From Octopus sinensis (Eukaryota), in NCBI RefSeq assembly GCF_006345805.1, contig NC_043026.1, positions 10,106,001-10,170,000 on the forward strand: DNA of 64,000 bases, read 5' to 3'. The notes under the pieces are model-generated. The model saw only the letters and a program-made list of their open reading frames with translations. It was not told the DNA's origin and did no database searches. Shown piece after piece: positions 23,388 to 35,494 of the stretch (position 1 is its first letter; each line of letters starts with the position of its first letter). The translations under genes were made by a program, and so were the position numbers.

Positions 23388-23712
23388 ATGCCGTTGCCAG
23401 CGCTGCCCCGACTAGCCTTGTGCCGGTGGCATGTAAAAAGCCCCATCTGATCTTAGCCGTTTGCCAGCCTTGCCTGGCATCTAAAAAGCACCATCCGATC
23501 GTGGCCGTTTGCCAGCCTCGTCTAGCACCTGTGTCGGTGACACGTAAAAAGCACCCACTACACTCACGGAGTGGTTGGCGTTAGTAAGGGCATCCAGCCG
23601 TAGAAACATTGCCAGATCAGACTGGGCCTGGTGCAGCCTTCTGGCTTCCCAGACCCCAGTTGAACCGTCCAACCCATGCCAGCATGGAAAGCAGATGCTA
23701 AATGATGATGTT
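23388..23712 (+). mobile_element. RTE 3' UTR-type repeat
   Basis: Ends ccaacccatgccagcatggaaagcagatgctaaatgatgatg. Confidence 0.85.
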
Positions 23713-24204
23713 GCCAACCTCCTCTCCACACACACTAACAGACCATGACCACCCCTGCCAGCTACAGCTCCTGCTGCCCCTTGTGCCACCTTGATACCCA
23801 ATCTGCTCAGAGATACCTCTAGTTCAGTCTCACTTTTTCTCTTAAATGTGGGTGGCCATGTACGTCCTCCACTGCAAACTCTTCCCCCAAGTTCTGAAGT
23901 TAGGGAATGACAAAAACAGGATGGGGTTGCGAACAAACACCTCCTTCGAAACTTTCACACCCAATTTTAAAATGATCCAAATCTGGACCTTTGAAAGCTT
24001 AACTCTGAAAAGTTCAATTTAAAGAACCCATTATTCAGAAACTAACAAGGAATAAGTCTGTTGTGGGGCACTAAACTATACTTATACCTCATATTCTTCC
24101 TTTGGGGTCTCTTCTGTTTTATACTTGGGGGTCATTTTCTATGTACAGATTTGACAATTTTACAAGATTCCTGTGCATGAAAAACTCATAACTTATGTTA
24201 TCGA

Positions 24205-25082
24205 CTCGACAGGCTTCTGTGCCGGTGGCACATAAAAAGCACCATCCGAACGTGGCCAATGCCAGCGCCGCTTTGGCTGGCTTCCGTGCGGATGGTACGT
24301 TAAAAGCTCCAACTGATCGTGGCCGATGCCGGACCCCCCTGGCACCTGTGCAGGTGGCACGTAAAAAGCACCCACTACACTCGCGGAGTGGTTGGCGTTA
24401 GGAAGGGCATCCAGCTGTAGAAACTCTGACAGATCAAGACTGGAGCCTGGTGCAGCCCCAGGCTTCCCAGACCCCGGTCGAACCGTCCAACCCGTGCTAG
24501 TGCAGAAAACGGACGTTAAACGATGATGATGATGAGTGAAGACCTATGGAAGTATGCTGTGCGTGAGAAGACCCAGACAAGACTAGTGAAGCCATAACCC
24601 GTGGCCCCTACCTGGGACGTAGTCAGTCCACCTGTGCATACCTTCCTCCTTGTGACACTTGTGAAGACCTGTTGAGGCAAGTGAAAATCAAAATCAAAAT
24701 CAAAATCAAATCAAATCAAACCAAATAAAAATAGATGAACATCAATGGAATTTGTATCCTTGTGGGTGGCACATAAGAAAACCATCCGAATGTGACCGTA
24801 GCCAGTACCGCATCGACTGGCCTCTGTGCTGTGGGCACATAAAAACACCATCCGAGCGTGGCCGTCTGCCAGCCTCGTCTGGCACCTGTGTCGGTGGCAC
24901 ATAAAATCACCCACTACACTCTCGGAGTGGTTGGTGTTAGGAAGGGCATCCAGCCGTAGAAACATTGCCAGATCTGACTGGCCTGGTGCAGCCTTCGGGC
25001 TTCCCAGACCCCAGTTGAACCGTCCAACCCATGCCAGCATGGAAAGCGGACGTTAAACGATGATGATGATGATGATGATGAT
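24205..25082 (+). mobile_element. two head-to-tail RTE 3'-end copies interrupting the 3' flank of Z2
   Basis: (GAT)n tails at about 24522-24535 and 25058-25082. The second copy starts with the RTE ORF end (DLWKYAVREKTQ). The flank block shared with Z1 and Z3 is split here. Confidence 0.88.
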
Positions 25083-25319
25083 GAAACAACATACCATAAT
25101 TGCAGGATACAATAGTCAAGAATCATGTGTAGGGTTTCCGTGAGAGGGGTTTTGGTGTAGAGATCCTTACATCATGGAAAAGAAAATGGATGAAGTCATG
25201 GGAGTGGGAGGAGAGAAATGTAAAAAACAACAAAAATCTGAAATTTTCTGGAAATGTTTTAGTTAGAATTTCCGTTGCTTAAAACATGGGAATACTAAAA
25301 ATGTATAACAAACAAGAAA

Positions 25320-25586
25320 CTACTCTTCTCCTTTCTCCCCTGTATGAATATGTCTGTGTGCAGTTAAGTAATGATTTGCAGAGAATGAGTTACCACAGAT
25401 GTCACAATGATGTGGTTTCTCTCCTGTGTGAACACGTTTATGACTAGTGACACCATCATTCCTAGAGAATGATTCACCACAGATGTCACACTGATATGGT
25501 TTCTCACCTGTATGAGTACGTTTATGTCTAGTGAGACCATCATTTTTAGAGAATGATTTACCACAGATATCACAGTGATATGGTTT
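25320..25586 (-). pseudogene. three further intact in-frame fingers downstream of the Z2 premature stop
   Basis: The same frame continues [88 protein letters not shown] to a TAG at 25322-25320. Confidence 0.88.
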
Positions 25587-26756
25587 CTATCCTGTATGAA
25601 TATGCTGGTGACTAGATAAGTGACTACTTCGAGAGAATGATTTACCACAGATATCACAGTGATGTGGCTTCTCTCCCATATGAATACTTCTATGGGATTT
25701 TAGGCTACTACACTGAGAGAAAGATTTACCACAGATATCACACTGATATGGTTTCTCTCCTGTATGAATAAGATTATGTCTTGTTAAGGCATTAATTTGA
25801 GAGAACGTTTTACCACAGATATCACAATGATATGGTTTCTCTCCTGTATGAATATGATTGTGTTTTGTTAAGGCAATATTTTGAGAGAATGATTTACCAC
25901 AGATATCACAGTTATATGGTTTCTCCCCTGTATGAACACGATTGTGTACAGTCAACTGACTACTGTTAATGAATGATTTACCACAGATATCACACTGATA
26001 TGGCTTTTCTCCTGTATGAATACGACTGTGATTTGTTAAGGAAATACTTTCAGAGAATGATTTACCACAGATATCGCAACAATATGGTTTCTCTCCTGTA
26101 TGAATACGTTTGTGTGTGGTTAAGTGACCATTTTGAGAGAATGATTTACCACAGATATCACAATGATATGGTCTCTCTCCTGTATGGGTACGTGTGTGTT
26201 TAGATACGTCACTCCTTCGAGCAAATGACTTACCACAGTAATCACAATGATACGGTCTCTCTCCTGTATGACTACGTCTGTGTATAATTAAATTACTACT
26301 GTTAGAGAATGATTTACCACAGGTATCACAAATGTATGGCTCCTCTACTGCATGAATACGAATGTGTTTTCTTAGAGCAGAATTTACAATGAATGATTTA
26401 CCACAGGTGTCGCAGTAATGTGGTTTCTCTCCTGTATGAATACGTTTGTGTATGATTAAGCAACTATTTTCAATGAATGATTTAGAACAGATGTCACAAC
26501 GATAGGGTTTCTCTGCTGTGTGAATATGTTTGTGTCTAGATACGTCACTACTTTGAGAGAATGATTTGCCACAGATATCACAAGGATATGGTTTCTCTGC
26601 TGTGTGAATATGTTTGTGTCTAGATACGTCACTACTTTGAGAGAATGATTTGCCACAGATATCACAACGATAGGGTTTCTCTCCTGTACGAGTAAGTTTG
26701 GGCATAATTAGGTTACTTCCTTTGACAGAAGGACTTTGTACAGATATCACACTCAT
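25587..26756 (-). CDS. C2H2 zinc-finger protein Z2 (13 fingers), truncated by an in-frame TAG and with ancestral finger 1 frameshifted
   Basis: Finger repeats with TGEKP linkers, ATG at 26756 and acceptor gtaatttcAG at 27172-27171. The stop is GAG>TAG in a linker. Confidence 0.88.
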   Translation of the reverse strand: MSVISVQSPSVKGSNLIMPKLTRTGEKPYRCDICGKSFSQSSDVSRHKHIHTAEKPYPCDICGKSFSQSSDVSRHKHIHTAEKPYRCDICSKSFIENSCLIIHKRIHTGEKPHYCDTCGKSFIVNSALRKHIRIHAVEEPYICDTCGKSFSNSSNLIIHRRSHTGERPYHCDYCGKSFARRSDVSKHTRTHTGERPYHCDICGKSFSQNGHLTTHKRIHTGEKPYCCDICGKSFSESISLTNHSRIHTGEKPYQCDICGKSFINSSQLTVHNRVHTGEKPYNCDICGKSFSQNIALTKHNHIHTGEKPYHCDICGKTFSQINALTRHNLIHTGEKPYQCDICGKSFSQCSSLKSHRSIHMGEKPHHCDICGKSFSRSSHLSSHQHIHTG

Positions 26757-28351
26757 ACGATCTCATCTCTTTTATCATGTGCTCAGAGGGAATCAATTAT
26801 ACAATTTTCTCACTCTTTTCCATTATTTTTCCTCTCAAATTCCAGTTAATGCATTTTTCTTGTTCTCATATTTTATTCCTTGCAAACACATCTTCTGCTC
26901 TATTTCTCTCTTGTGTCAACTTTGTTTAGCAACACTTCCATAAATTTATCCAACTTAAACGATCACACAGGCTCCTCTTCTTGACACTCCAGTCTGGGAT
27001 GTTCACAAATTTGCTTATAATATTATTATTACTTCAGAGCAAATGTTTCACACGAACTCTTCCATAGATTTGTAGAAACAATGTGATACATCTGTTTTGT
27101 ATAATATTTTCCTTTAGTCTTTAAAACGTGGTAGATATTGAGGATGAGTCTTTTGTTACATTAATGTGTTCTGAAATTACAGAGAAACAACAGTGTAAGA
27201 TGTCGAGGCTACTTAAAACATACAGATTCATTTCTATCGAGATAAACTGTAGAAATAAACATTTACCTTAACAACTGAGCCGGATGCCAACAGCTCTATG
27301 AAAAGTGCCAATCTCTCAAAGTAGATGGGACACATGGAAGTGGGACACCCAAGGAGTCATAGGTGTAAGTGCTGGTACATGAATTTAGGATGCTGAACGT
27401 ATCAGATGATATGACGAAGATCGAGATGCTTGGCACCTTGCTCTACTGAAGAAGATTCGAAGTGTGCAGCAGAGGTATTTAAATGCATCCCTGTGGTGGC
27501 AGAAAGCACTTGTGACCGTTCTTCAAAAAAGTGGATGTGCCGTGCCATCGGATTCAAGCATCTGTGTCGTGCCATGGAAAGGTGACTGTGCAGTGGCACA
27601 TAGAGCACCAAATGCACTGAGAAGTGGTTGGCACTAGGAAGGGCATCCAGCTGTAGAAAGCATAAGAAATTAGACTGGGGTGTGCTGGAGTTCTGCTCAA
27701 ACCATCTAACCCATGCCAACGTGAACAACAGACGTTAAATAAAGCTGACGAACATTTTGAGGTACACTATGCACTTAACTATAGAAGCCTTTATGGTGTG
27801 TGATTAAAGAGAGATTTTGTTGTTAATTCTAGCATATTCCATGACTACCTTCCTCATTTCTTTTTCACTCTGATAATTAGAGATGTCAATTTATAGGATA
27901 AACTCATTTCTGATACTAACAAAAATCCCTAACATAAACAAGTATTCTATAATTTCGCTTAGCAACAGATTTTTACAGAAATAAAAGAAAAAACATTGGC
28001 AATCTTTCGTTTCGACTTGCAGGCGTGTAGGCTCAGCTAAGCTGTTACCAAATGCCGTTCGGTAAATTCCATAGAAAGGTTTTTACTTTTGAGGGTGGAA
28101 ACGTTCATTTTCTTTGAAATCAGCATAAAGACTCGTAAAACGAAAACAAATTACTTGGTAATTTTTGTGAGCACGTGTTGTCTTCTCAACTGTCAGTTGA
28201 CGCATCGAAACGGAAAGAGAAATCTAATGGGTCGTACGTGCATTGGCTTGTTCTGTTCGTATGTATTTATGCGTTGTGGAATTTAGATACAACGAAGGAA
28301 AAAAACCTTGCATATCTGTTCTTTCTTACTTTATGTGTCTATGTAAAAGAC

Positions 28352-28572
28352 TTCCTATTTCTTTACTACCCACAAGGGGCTAAACACAAGAGGACAAACG
28401 GATTAAGTCGATTATATCGACCCCAGTGCATAACTGGTACTTATTTAATCGACCCCGCAAGGATGAAAGGCAAAGTCGACCTTGGCGGAATTTGAACTCA
28501 GGACGTAGCGGCAGACGAAATACTGCTAGGCATTGCGCCTGACGTGCTGACGTTTCTACCAGCTCGCCGCCT
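28352..28572 (-). mobile_element. tRNA-derived SINE family C
   Basis: Reverse complement of the family at 56367-56751 (ggcggcgagctggtagaaacgtcagc...gagttcaaattccgccaaggtcgactttgcctttcatcc...aagaaatagg). Confidence 0.88.
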
Positions 28573-28629
28573 TTAAAAGACTTCCGCCCTCCCCCACCAT
28601 TTGCTCCAAAATTTGTTAATTTTTGGAAT

Positions 28630-29315
28630 TTTTTTTTGCTAAAAATTGCCAAAACTTGGCACAGTGACCCCACCCCGCCAGTACAGAAATGTTTTGAAAA
28701 TTTTGTCCGAATCATGATGTCCATATTTCTCCGCATATTTATAAAAACATTTTCGAAAGACTTTTGGAAACTTTTTTTCACAATCATAATCTCCATATTT
28801 TTCAGCATATTTTTAATAAAAAAAAAATGTGAAAAAAGTTTAAAATGAAGGAAATGGGGGTGGGGGTAATTTTGAAATCTCGATTTTTGTCAATTCTTTT
28901 GCAGACTCGTATTCCCCATAACCAAAAATGGGGGTTTGTGTCGGAAAAAAATTTTTTTTTTTAGAAAGGGTGGTTTTTGCTAAATTTTTTTTTTTAGAAA
29001 GGGTGGTTTTTGCTAAAAATTCCCGTTTTCGGATACGGAGGTTCCGGAAAATTGCCAAAAATCGGCACAGTGACCCCCCTCTCCCCAGTCCAGAAATGTT
29101 TTGCTAAATTTTGTTCACAATCATAATCTTCATATTTTTGCGCATATTTTGAAAGAAAAAAAAAATGGGAAAAAAGTTTAAAATGAAGGAAATGGGGGTG
29201 GGGATAATTTAGAATCCCGATTTTTGTCAATTCTTTTGCAGACTCGTATTCCCCATAGCCAAAAATGGGGGGCAGCGTCGAAAAAAAAATTTTTTTTTAG
29301 AAAGGATGGTTTTGG
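28630..29315. repeat. two diverged ~400-bp tandem units of an unclassified AT-rich repeat
   Basis: aaaattgccaaaa.t.ggcacagtgacccc and aaaaagtttaaaatgaaggaaatgggggtggg...ttttgcagactcgtattccccata each occur twice, roughly 340-410 bp apart. Confidence 0.75.
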
Positions 29316-29316
29316 G

Positions 29317-29537
29317 GGTACTACTTGAGAACAGTGGTCCCGGTGCGCGCTCTGACGAGTCGATCCTTACTTTTATGTTTTGTGTTTTATTTACTTTGCT
29401 CAACAAAAAAATTATTTACTTTGTTTAACAAAAATTATTTACTTTGTTTTATTTACTTTGCTAGGTAGTCGTTGTAGGATCGACTACTTACGACTAGCTA
29501 GCACGGATGCGCGCACCGGGACCACTGTTCGCTAGTA
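29317..29537. mobile_element. MITE-like element with terminal inverted repeats
   Basis: Perfect 22-bp inverted repeat gaacagtggtcccggtgcgcgc (29329-29350) / gcgcgcaccgggaccactgttc (29509-29530). Confidence 0.8.
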
Positions 29538-29887
29538 TGACCGGTTTTGGGGAGGGCACGGGCGGAAGTCTCGCCCAAATCGGAAATCTCTCTCCCATAG
29601 AGAAAAACAAGCCCTGCTGGGCATCATTCTTCCAATGTTAGAAACAGCAGCCAAAACCCGCACAAATAACAGACATTTTTCTGTCACAGGTAGAAATAGC
29701 AGCCAGGTCTCGCACAAATGAAGGACAACCCTCGTCTGTAAAACACAGAAAAGACACAAATAATTGGCGCGCCAAAAAGTGACCATCCCAATTATAAAAC
29801 ACGAAAGAGGCACAGAGAATCGCCGCGCGAAAATGAGAAGGTCTACAGAATGAATAACACTGAATAATTTCATTGTTTGATACTTAC

Positions 29888-30018
29888 GGAAATGTTTCGT
29901 GTGTCTGGCAGTTGAGAAATTCTTTGCAAATCTTATAAATGTCTTCAAAGCTGATTAGGAGACATTCATGCTGAGGAGGTCTCAACAGGAAGTAGGATGT
30001 ACGACCAATGCGCATGCG
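29888..30018 (-). promoter_or_regulatory. putative promoter motif and non-coding exon 1 of Z2
   Basis: CCAAT adjacent to TGCGCATGCG (30009-30018). Minus-strand GAAACATTTCC|GTAAGTA donor at 29887, homologous to the other ZNF loci. Confidence 0.7.
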
Positions 30019-30859
30019 TGTCTCCTCTTTCTAAATCTTTAGAGCAGATAACTCTAGTCTTACTTTCGTTTTTCGATTTGGTTTGCAAGATTCTTTATAG
30101 CAATTCGTGTGTTGAAGCATATTCTGTTGTGTCTGGGGAGAGTCATTCTCTTTTTGTGCCTTATTATTTAACACACTCACTGGTAAAACTTCCGTTGTCT
30201 CTGTTTTTAGACGCAGCAAATGATTTCAGCTCAAAAGAGAGCATAGAATTGGTTAAAATTCGAAAAATTAAACTACGTTAAACAAACGAATTACAAATTT
30301 ATCAAAAAAGCCAAGTGAAAATAATGTTTTCTTTTGACACATTCTACCAGTATACGACGTTTTAAAGTGTTTAGATGACTAGAAATTGTGTTGAAATCTG
30401 GCTTTCAAAAGGAAAAGATCCAAATTTCCACTTCTTTTGGATATTTTCACTTTGAACGGCAGTTTTTTCTCGTGGTGTCATATGAAATGGTGAAATTGTC
30501 ACCCATGATTATGACCCTAGTATCGATCTATTGCATTTCAATCTGTTTTAGGGTTAGGGGTGGGGGGAAGGGTATCTTTTTTCTTCACAAATGTAAATAA
30601 ACCCAATCTGTTTCTTAAACGAAGGACATATATTCATACGGCACAATGTTTTTTACCTCAATAGACGTCAGTGATTGGTTGGAATTGCAGAGATTGAAGA
30701 AAAAAAAAACAAATATCTTACAAACTATAGAATTTTCTCAATAAAGCCGAGAGAAAAAGATGTTTTATAAACACATTCTATCAGTATACGAAGTTTAAAA
30801 CTTTTTAGTTACCTAGAAATTATGTTAAAAAATGCCGTTCAAACCGAAAAGATCCCTTT

Positions 30860-30992
30860 TTTTTTCTTATTTTTATTGTCCTAAAATTTTCGTTGCGTCT
30901 TGCAACCTTTTCAATAGTTTTGACTCTCAAAACCATTCAAAAAGGTTGCAAAGACGCAACGAAAATTTTAGAACAATAAAAATAAGAAAAAA
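30860..30992. repeat. near-perfect hairpin (~65-bp arms, 3-nt loop)
   Basis: tttttcttatttttattgtcctaaaattttcgttgcgtcttgcaacctttt...ttttga-ctc-tcaaaa...aaaaggttgcaaagacgcaacgaaaattttagaacaataaaaataagaaaaa. Confidence 0.9.
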
Positions 30993-31079
30993 GTGGAAAT
31001 TTTACCGGTGAGTGTTAAATTATAAGGCACAAAAAGAAAATGACTCTCCCCAGACACAACAGAACTCTAGTTTTAATTT

Positions 31080-31354
31080 ATTGAGAATAATGATCCCGGT
31101 GCATGCACTCGCGCAAGCTAGTTATGACTAGCTTTGTTTTTGTGTTACTTTTACTTGTTTGTCATTTGACTGCAGCCATGCTGGAGCACCGCCTTTATTC
31201 GAGCAACTCGACCCCGGGACTTAATCTTTGTAAGCCCAGTACTTATTCTATCGGTCTCTTTTCGCCAAACTGCTAAGTGACGGCAACGTAAACACACCAG
31301 CATCGGTTGTCAAGCAATTCTAGGGGGACAAACACAGACACACAAACATACACG

Positions 31355-31386
<32 letters not shown>

Positions 31387-31691
31387 CATACATATATACG
31401 ATGGGCTTCTTTCAGTTTCCGTCAACCAAATTCACTCATAAGGCTTTGGTCGGCCTGAAGCTATAGTAGAAGACACTTGCCCAAGATGCCACGCAGCGGG
31501 ACTGAACCCAGAACCATGTGATTGGTAATCAAGCTACTTACCACACAGCTACTCCTGTGCCTTTGTTTTAAAAAAATTATTTATTTTGTGTTTTATTTAC
31601 TTTGCTAGGTAGTCATAGGATCAACTAGTCATGACTAGCTAGCGCGGATGTGCGACTACGCGCAACGGGACCACTGTTCTCAAGTAGTACC
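31080..31691. mobile_element. second copy of the 29317 MITE family, interrupted by a SINE
   Basis: Shares ttatttactttgctaggtagtc...gactagctagc.cggatg and ends cgggaccactgttctcaagtagtacc, the exact reverse complement of 29317-29342. Confidence 0.78.
31148..31560 (-). mobile_element. full-length SINE family B nested in the MITE
   Basis: Reverse complement of 21937-22333, including the head. Confidence 0.9.
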
Positions 31692-31972
31692 GTGTTTGTG
31701 TTTGCGTGAATATTCATAACTGAACATATTGACCATCCTATTGGATGTTGTTATATGTCGCTGCTCCGGACGTGGGCTGGTGAATTACTTCGCCGCCCAT
31801 CTTTCCAGCAAGATCCGTCTGGAGAGGAGGAGCCTGCCGCAAAGAGAGTTTGGAAAAAGATGGATGACAGTGGTAAGATAGATGAGACTGCACGAGGCCG
31901 TGCTTGCATGGTCGGTCGGGGCATAAAAGAAAGGAAAAGATTACCAAAAGGGTTAATCGACCGGCGGGTTAA

Positions 31973-32279
31973 CCCCTTACCCGGCAGAAACGAATATATT
32001 CGTTTTGACCGAAATCGTTTTTTCCTATCTCTGGCGAGTTAACTCGTCAAAAGATAGACTTGCCAAAATCAACAGCAAACGAGTTCCTTCGTCTAAAAAC
32101 GGGTTAACTCGTTTCTGCCCAAAGCGGTAATTTAAAATCAATATTATTGAATTAAAATTCATAAATTAATAAGGTTTGAAATATACCTCGAAATCACCAT
32201 TCAAAACACAGTAAAATAAAACAATTAAAAAATGTCTGAAAAAATACATTTATTTTCAAAATAATTGTTGGGTAAGGGG
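31973..32279. mobile_element. non-autonomous piggyBac-type MITE (307 bp)
   Basis: TTAA|CCCCTTACCC ... GGGTAAGGGG|TTAA: TTAA target duplication and CCC-starting TIRs. Confidence 0.85.
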
Positions 32280-32333
32280 TTAACTCACTAACCCGGGACC
32301 CAATTATCACTTATATTCTTAATTCCCATCCGT

Positions 32334-32810
32334 ATCATCATCATCATGATTTAGCGTCTGCTTTCCATGCTAGCATGGGTTGGACGGTTCAACTGGGGTC
32401 TGGGAGGCCAGAAGGCTGCACCAGGGTCCAGTCTGATCTGGCAATGTTTCTACGGCTGGATGCCCTTCCTAACGCCAACCACTCCGTGAGTGTAGTGGGT
32501 GCTTTTTACGTGCCACCGACACAGGTGCCGGACGAGGCTGGCAAAAGGCCACGATCAGATGGTGCTTTTTACATGCCACCAGCACGGAGACCAGATGAAG
32601 CTGGCAACGACCACAGTCGGATGGTGCTTTTTACGTGCCACCTGCACAGGTGCCAGACGGGGCTGGCAAACGGCCATGATCGGATGGTGTTTTTTACATG
32701 CCACCGGCACGGAGGCCCGCCGGGGCAGCGCTGGCAACGGCCACTGTCGGATGGTTCACTTACGTCCCACTGGCACTGGTATCACAGCTGCAATTTCCAT
32801 TTATGTTGAT
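32334..32810 (-). mobile_element. RTE 3' UTR-type repeat
   Basis: (CAT)n tail at 32334-32347 followed by the internal ~60-bp tandem units. Confidence 0.87.
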
Positions 32811-33643
32811 AATATATATAAATCCATCTGTCTTTTCATCTTGTATATAAGAATGTGTGTCTGTACCCTACATATCCCTAGTCTGTCTTGTAACGTCCCC
32901 TCTATGTAGACCTTTTTATAGGTGAATAAAGAAATATGTCGCTGCTGATCATGACCTTCCAGTCCTGTCTTTATTGGACCAAATATTTTTACTGAACCGA
33001 GATATCGGCATTAAATGATCCTCTGACAGTAACGTCTTAACTAGACATGCTTGTAATGATATGGGAACAGAACAGGGCAAGACATCCTTTTGTAACACTC
33101 CCCCTCCACAGGATGGGTTTGTGAACAAGCAACTCCTTCAAAACTTTCACACCCAATTTTAAAATGATCCAAATCTGGACCTTTGAAAGCTTAACTCCGA
33201 AAAGTTTAATTTAAAGAACCCATTATTCAGAAACTAACAAGGAATCAATCTGGAGTGGGGCACTAAACTATACTTATGCCTCATATTCTTCCTTTGCGGT
33301 CTCTTCTGTTTTGTACTTGGGGATCATTGTTTACGTACATATTTGACAACTTTACAAGATTCCTGTGCATGAAAAACTCATAACTTATGTTATTGTATAA
33401 AATATTTAATGAGTGAAGCATTTAAAAGATAATAAACAATAAAAATACAGTAATTTCGGGATACAATACTCAAGGAAGTGTCATGTGTAGGGTTTCCAGG
33501 AGGAGGAGTGTTGGTATAAAGGTCCTTAAAAATGGATGAGCAGCCATGGAAGGAGTTGGAAGAGAGAAATGTAAAAACAAAAAAAAATTAGAAAATATCT
33601 GGAAATATTTTAGTTAGAAATCCCATTGCATAAAACATAAGAA

Positions 33644-35494
33644 TTACCCTTCATCTTTCTCCCTTGTATGAATACGTCTGTGTGCAATCAGGTTACGATT
33701 TTCAGAGAATGATTTACCACAGATATCACACTGACATGGTTTCTCTCCTGTATGAATACGAATGTGTATTGTTAGGTGACTACTTTGAGAGAATGATTTA
33801 CCACAGACATCACAATGATATGGTTTCTCTCCTGTATGAATATGTCTGTGCCTAGATAAGTGACAACTTCTAGAGAATGATTTTCCACAGACATCACACT
33901 GATATGGCTTCTGTCCAGTATGAGTATTACTATGGGCATTTAGGCTACTACATTGAGAGAAAGATTTACCACAGATACCACAGTGATATGGTTTTTCTCC
34001 AGTATGAATACGATTGTGTTCAATTAACTGACTGTTGTTAGAAAACGATTTACTACAGATATCACACTGATATGGTTTCTCACCTGTATGAGTACGATTG
34101 TGTTTTGTTAAGCCAGTACTTTGGGAGAATGATTTACCACAGATATCACAGTGATATGGTTTTTCTCCAGTATGAATACGATTGTGTTCAGTTAACTGAT
34201 TACGGTTAGAGAATGATTTACCACAGATATCACAATGATATGGTTTCTCACCTGTATGAATACGATTGTGTTTTCTTAAGGTAGTATTTTCAGCGAATGA
34301 TTTACCACAGATATCACAATGATATGGTTTCTCTCCTGTATGAATACGCTTGTGTCCAGTTAAATGAATACGTTGAGAGAATGATTTACCACAGATTTCA
34401 CAACGATATGGTTTCTCTCCAGTATGAATACGTTTGTGTACAATAACCTGACTACTTCGCAAGAATGATTTACCACAGATATCACAACGATACGGTTTCT
34501 CTCCTGTATGAATACGTTTATGTATAATTAAGTAACTACTGTCAAGGAATGATTTACCACAGATATCACAATATGGTTTCTCTCCTGTATGAATATGTTT
34601 GTGTCTAATTAAGTGACTACTATTAGAGAATGATTTACCACAGATATCACAATGATATGGCTTCTCTCCTGTATGAGTACGAATGTGTTTTCTTAAGGCA
34701 GTATTTTCAATGAATGATTTACCACAGATATCACAACGATATGGTTTCTCTCCTGTATGAATATGTTTGTGTCTAGATAAATGACCACTGTTAGAGAATG
34801 ATTTACCACAGATATTACAACATGGTCTCTCTCCTGTATGAATACGTTTGTGTATAGATACGGCACTACTTTGAGAGAAGGATTTGCCACAGATATCACA
34901 AGGATATGGTTTCTCTGCTGTGTGAATATGTTTGTGTCTAGATATGTCACTACTTTGAGAGAATGACTTGCCACAGATATCACAACGATAGGGTTTCTCT
35001 CCTGTGTGAACACGTTTGTGTTTAGTTAGGTCACTACTTTGAGAGAATGACTTGCCACAGATATCACAACGATACGGTCTCTCTCCTGTATGACTACGTC
35101 TATGTATAATTAAATTACTACTGTTAGAGAATGATTTACCACAGATATCACAATGGTATGGCTCCTCTACTGCATGAATACGAATGTGTTTTCTTAGAGC
35201 AGAATTTACAATGAATGATTTACCACAGGTGTCGCAGTAATGTGGTTTCTCTCCTGTGTGAACACGTTTGTGTTTAGATACGTCACTACTTTGAGAGAAT
35301 GATTTGCCACAGATATCACAACGATAGGGTTTCTCTGCTGTGTGAATATGTTTGTGTTTAGATACGTCACTACTTTGAGAGAATGACTTGCCACAGATAT
35401 CACAACGATAGGGTTTCTCTCCTGTACGAGTAAGTTTGGGCATAATTAGGTTACTTCCTTTGACAGAAGGACTTTGTACAGATATCACACTCAT
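33644..35494 (-). CDS. C2H2 zinc-finger protein Z3 (21 fingers; two linkers one codon short; ancestral finger 1 frameshifted)
   Basis: 616-aa ORF of finger repeats, ATG at 35494 (alternative in-frame ATG at 35443) and acceptor gtaatttcAG at 35910-35909. Confidence 0.92.
   Translation of the reverse strand: MSVISVQSPSVKGSNLIMPKLTRTGEKPYRCDICGKSFSQSSDVSKHKHIHTAEKPYRCDICGKSFSQSSDVSKHKRVHTGEKPHYCDTCGKSFIVNSALRKHIRIHAVEEPYHCDICGKSFSNSSNLIIHRRSHTGERPYRCDICGKSFSQSSDLTKHKRVHTGEKPYRCDICGKSFSQSSDISRHKHIHTAEKPYPCDICGKSFSQSSAVSIHKRIHTGERPCCNICGKSFSNSGHLSRHKHIHTGEKPYRCDICGKSFIENTALRKHIRTHTGEKPYHCDICGKSFSNSSHLIRHKHIHTGEKPYCDICGKSFLDSSYLIIHKRIHTGEKPYRCDICGKSFLRSSQVIVHKRIHTGEKPYRCEICGKSFSQRIHLTGHKRIHTGEKPYHCDICGKSFAENTTLRKHNRIHTGEKPYHCDICGKSFSNRNQLTEHNRIHTGEKPYHCDICGKSFSQSTGLTKHNRTHTGEKPYQCDICSKSFSNNSQLIEHNRIHTGEKPYHCGICGKSFSQCSSLNAHSNTHTGQKPYQCDVCGKSFSRSCHLSRHRHIHTGEKPYHCDVCGKSFSQSSHLTIHIRIHTGEKPCQCDICGKSFSENRNLIAHRRIHTREKDEG

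Noticed and set aside
25364-26665. Alternative-frame and antisense ORFs over ZNF genes (MISVVNHSL..., MIYHRYH...; also near 33664, 34693, 43682, 48004, 53104, 59529)
   Set aside because: Periodic shadows of the 84-bp finger repeat, not independent genes.
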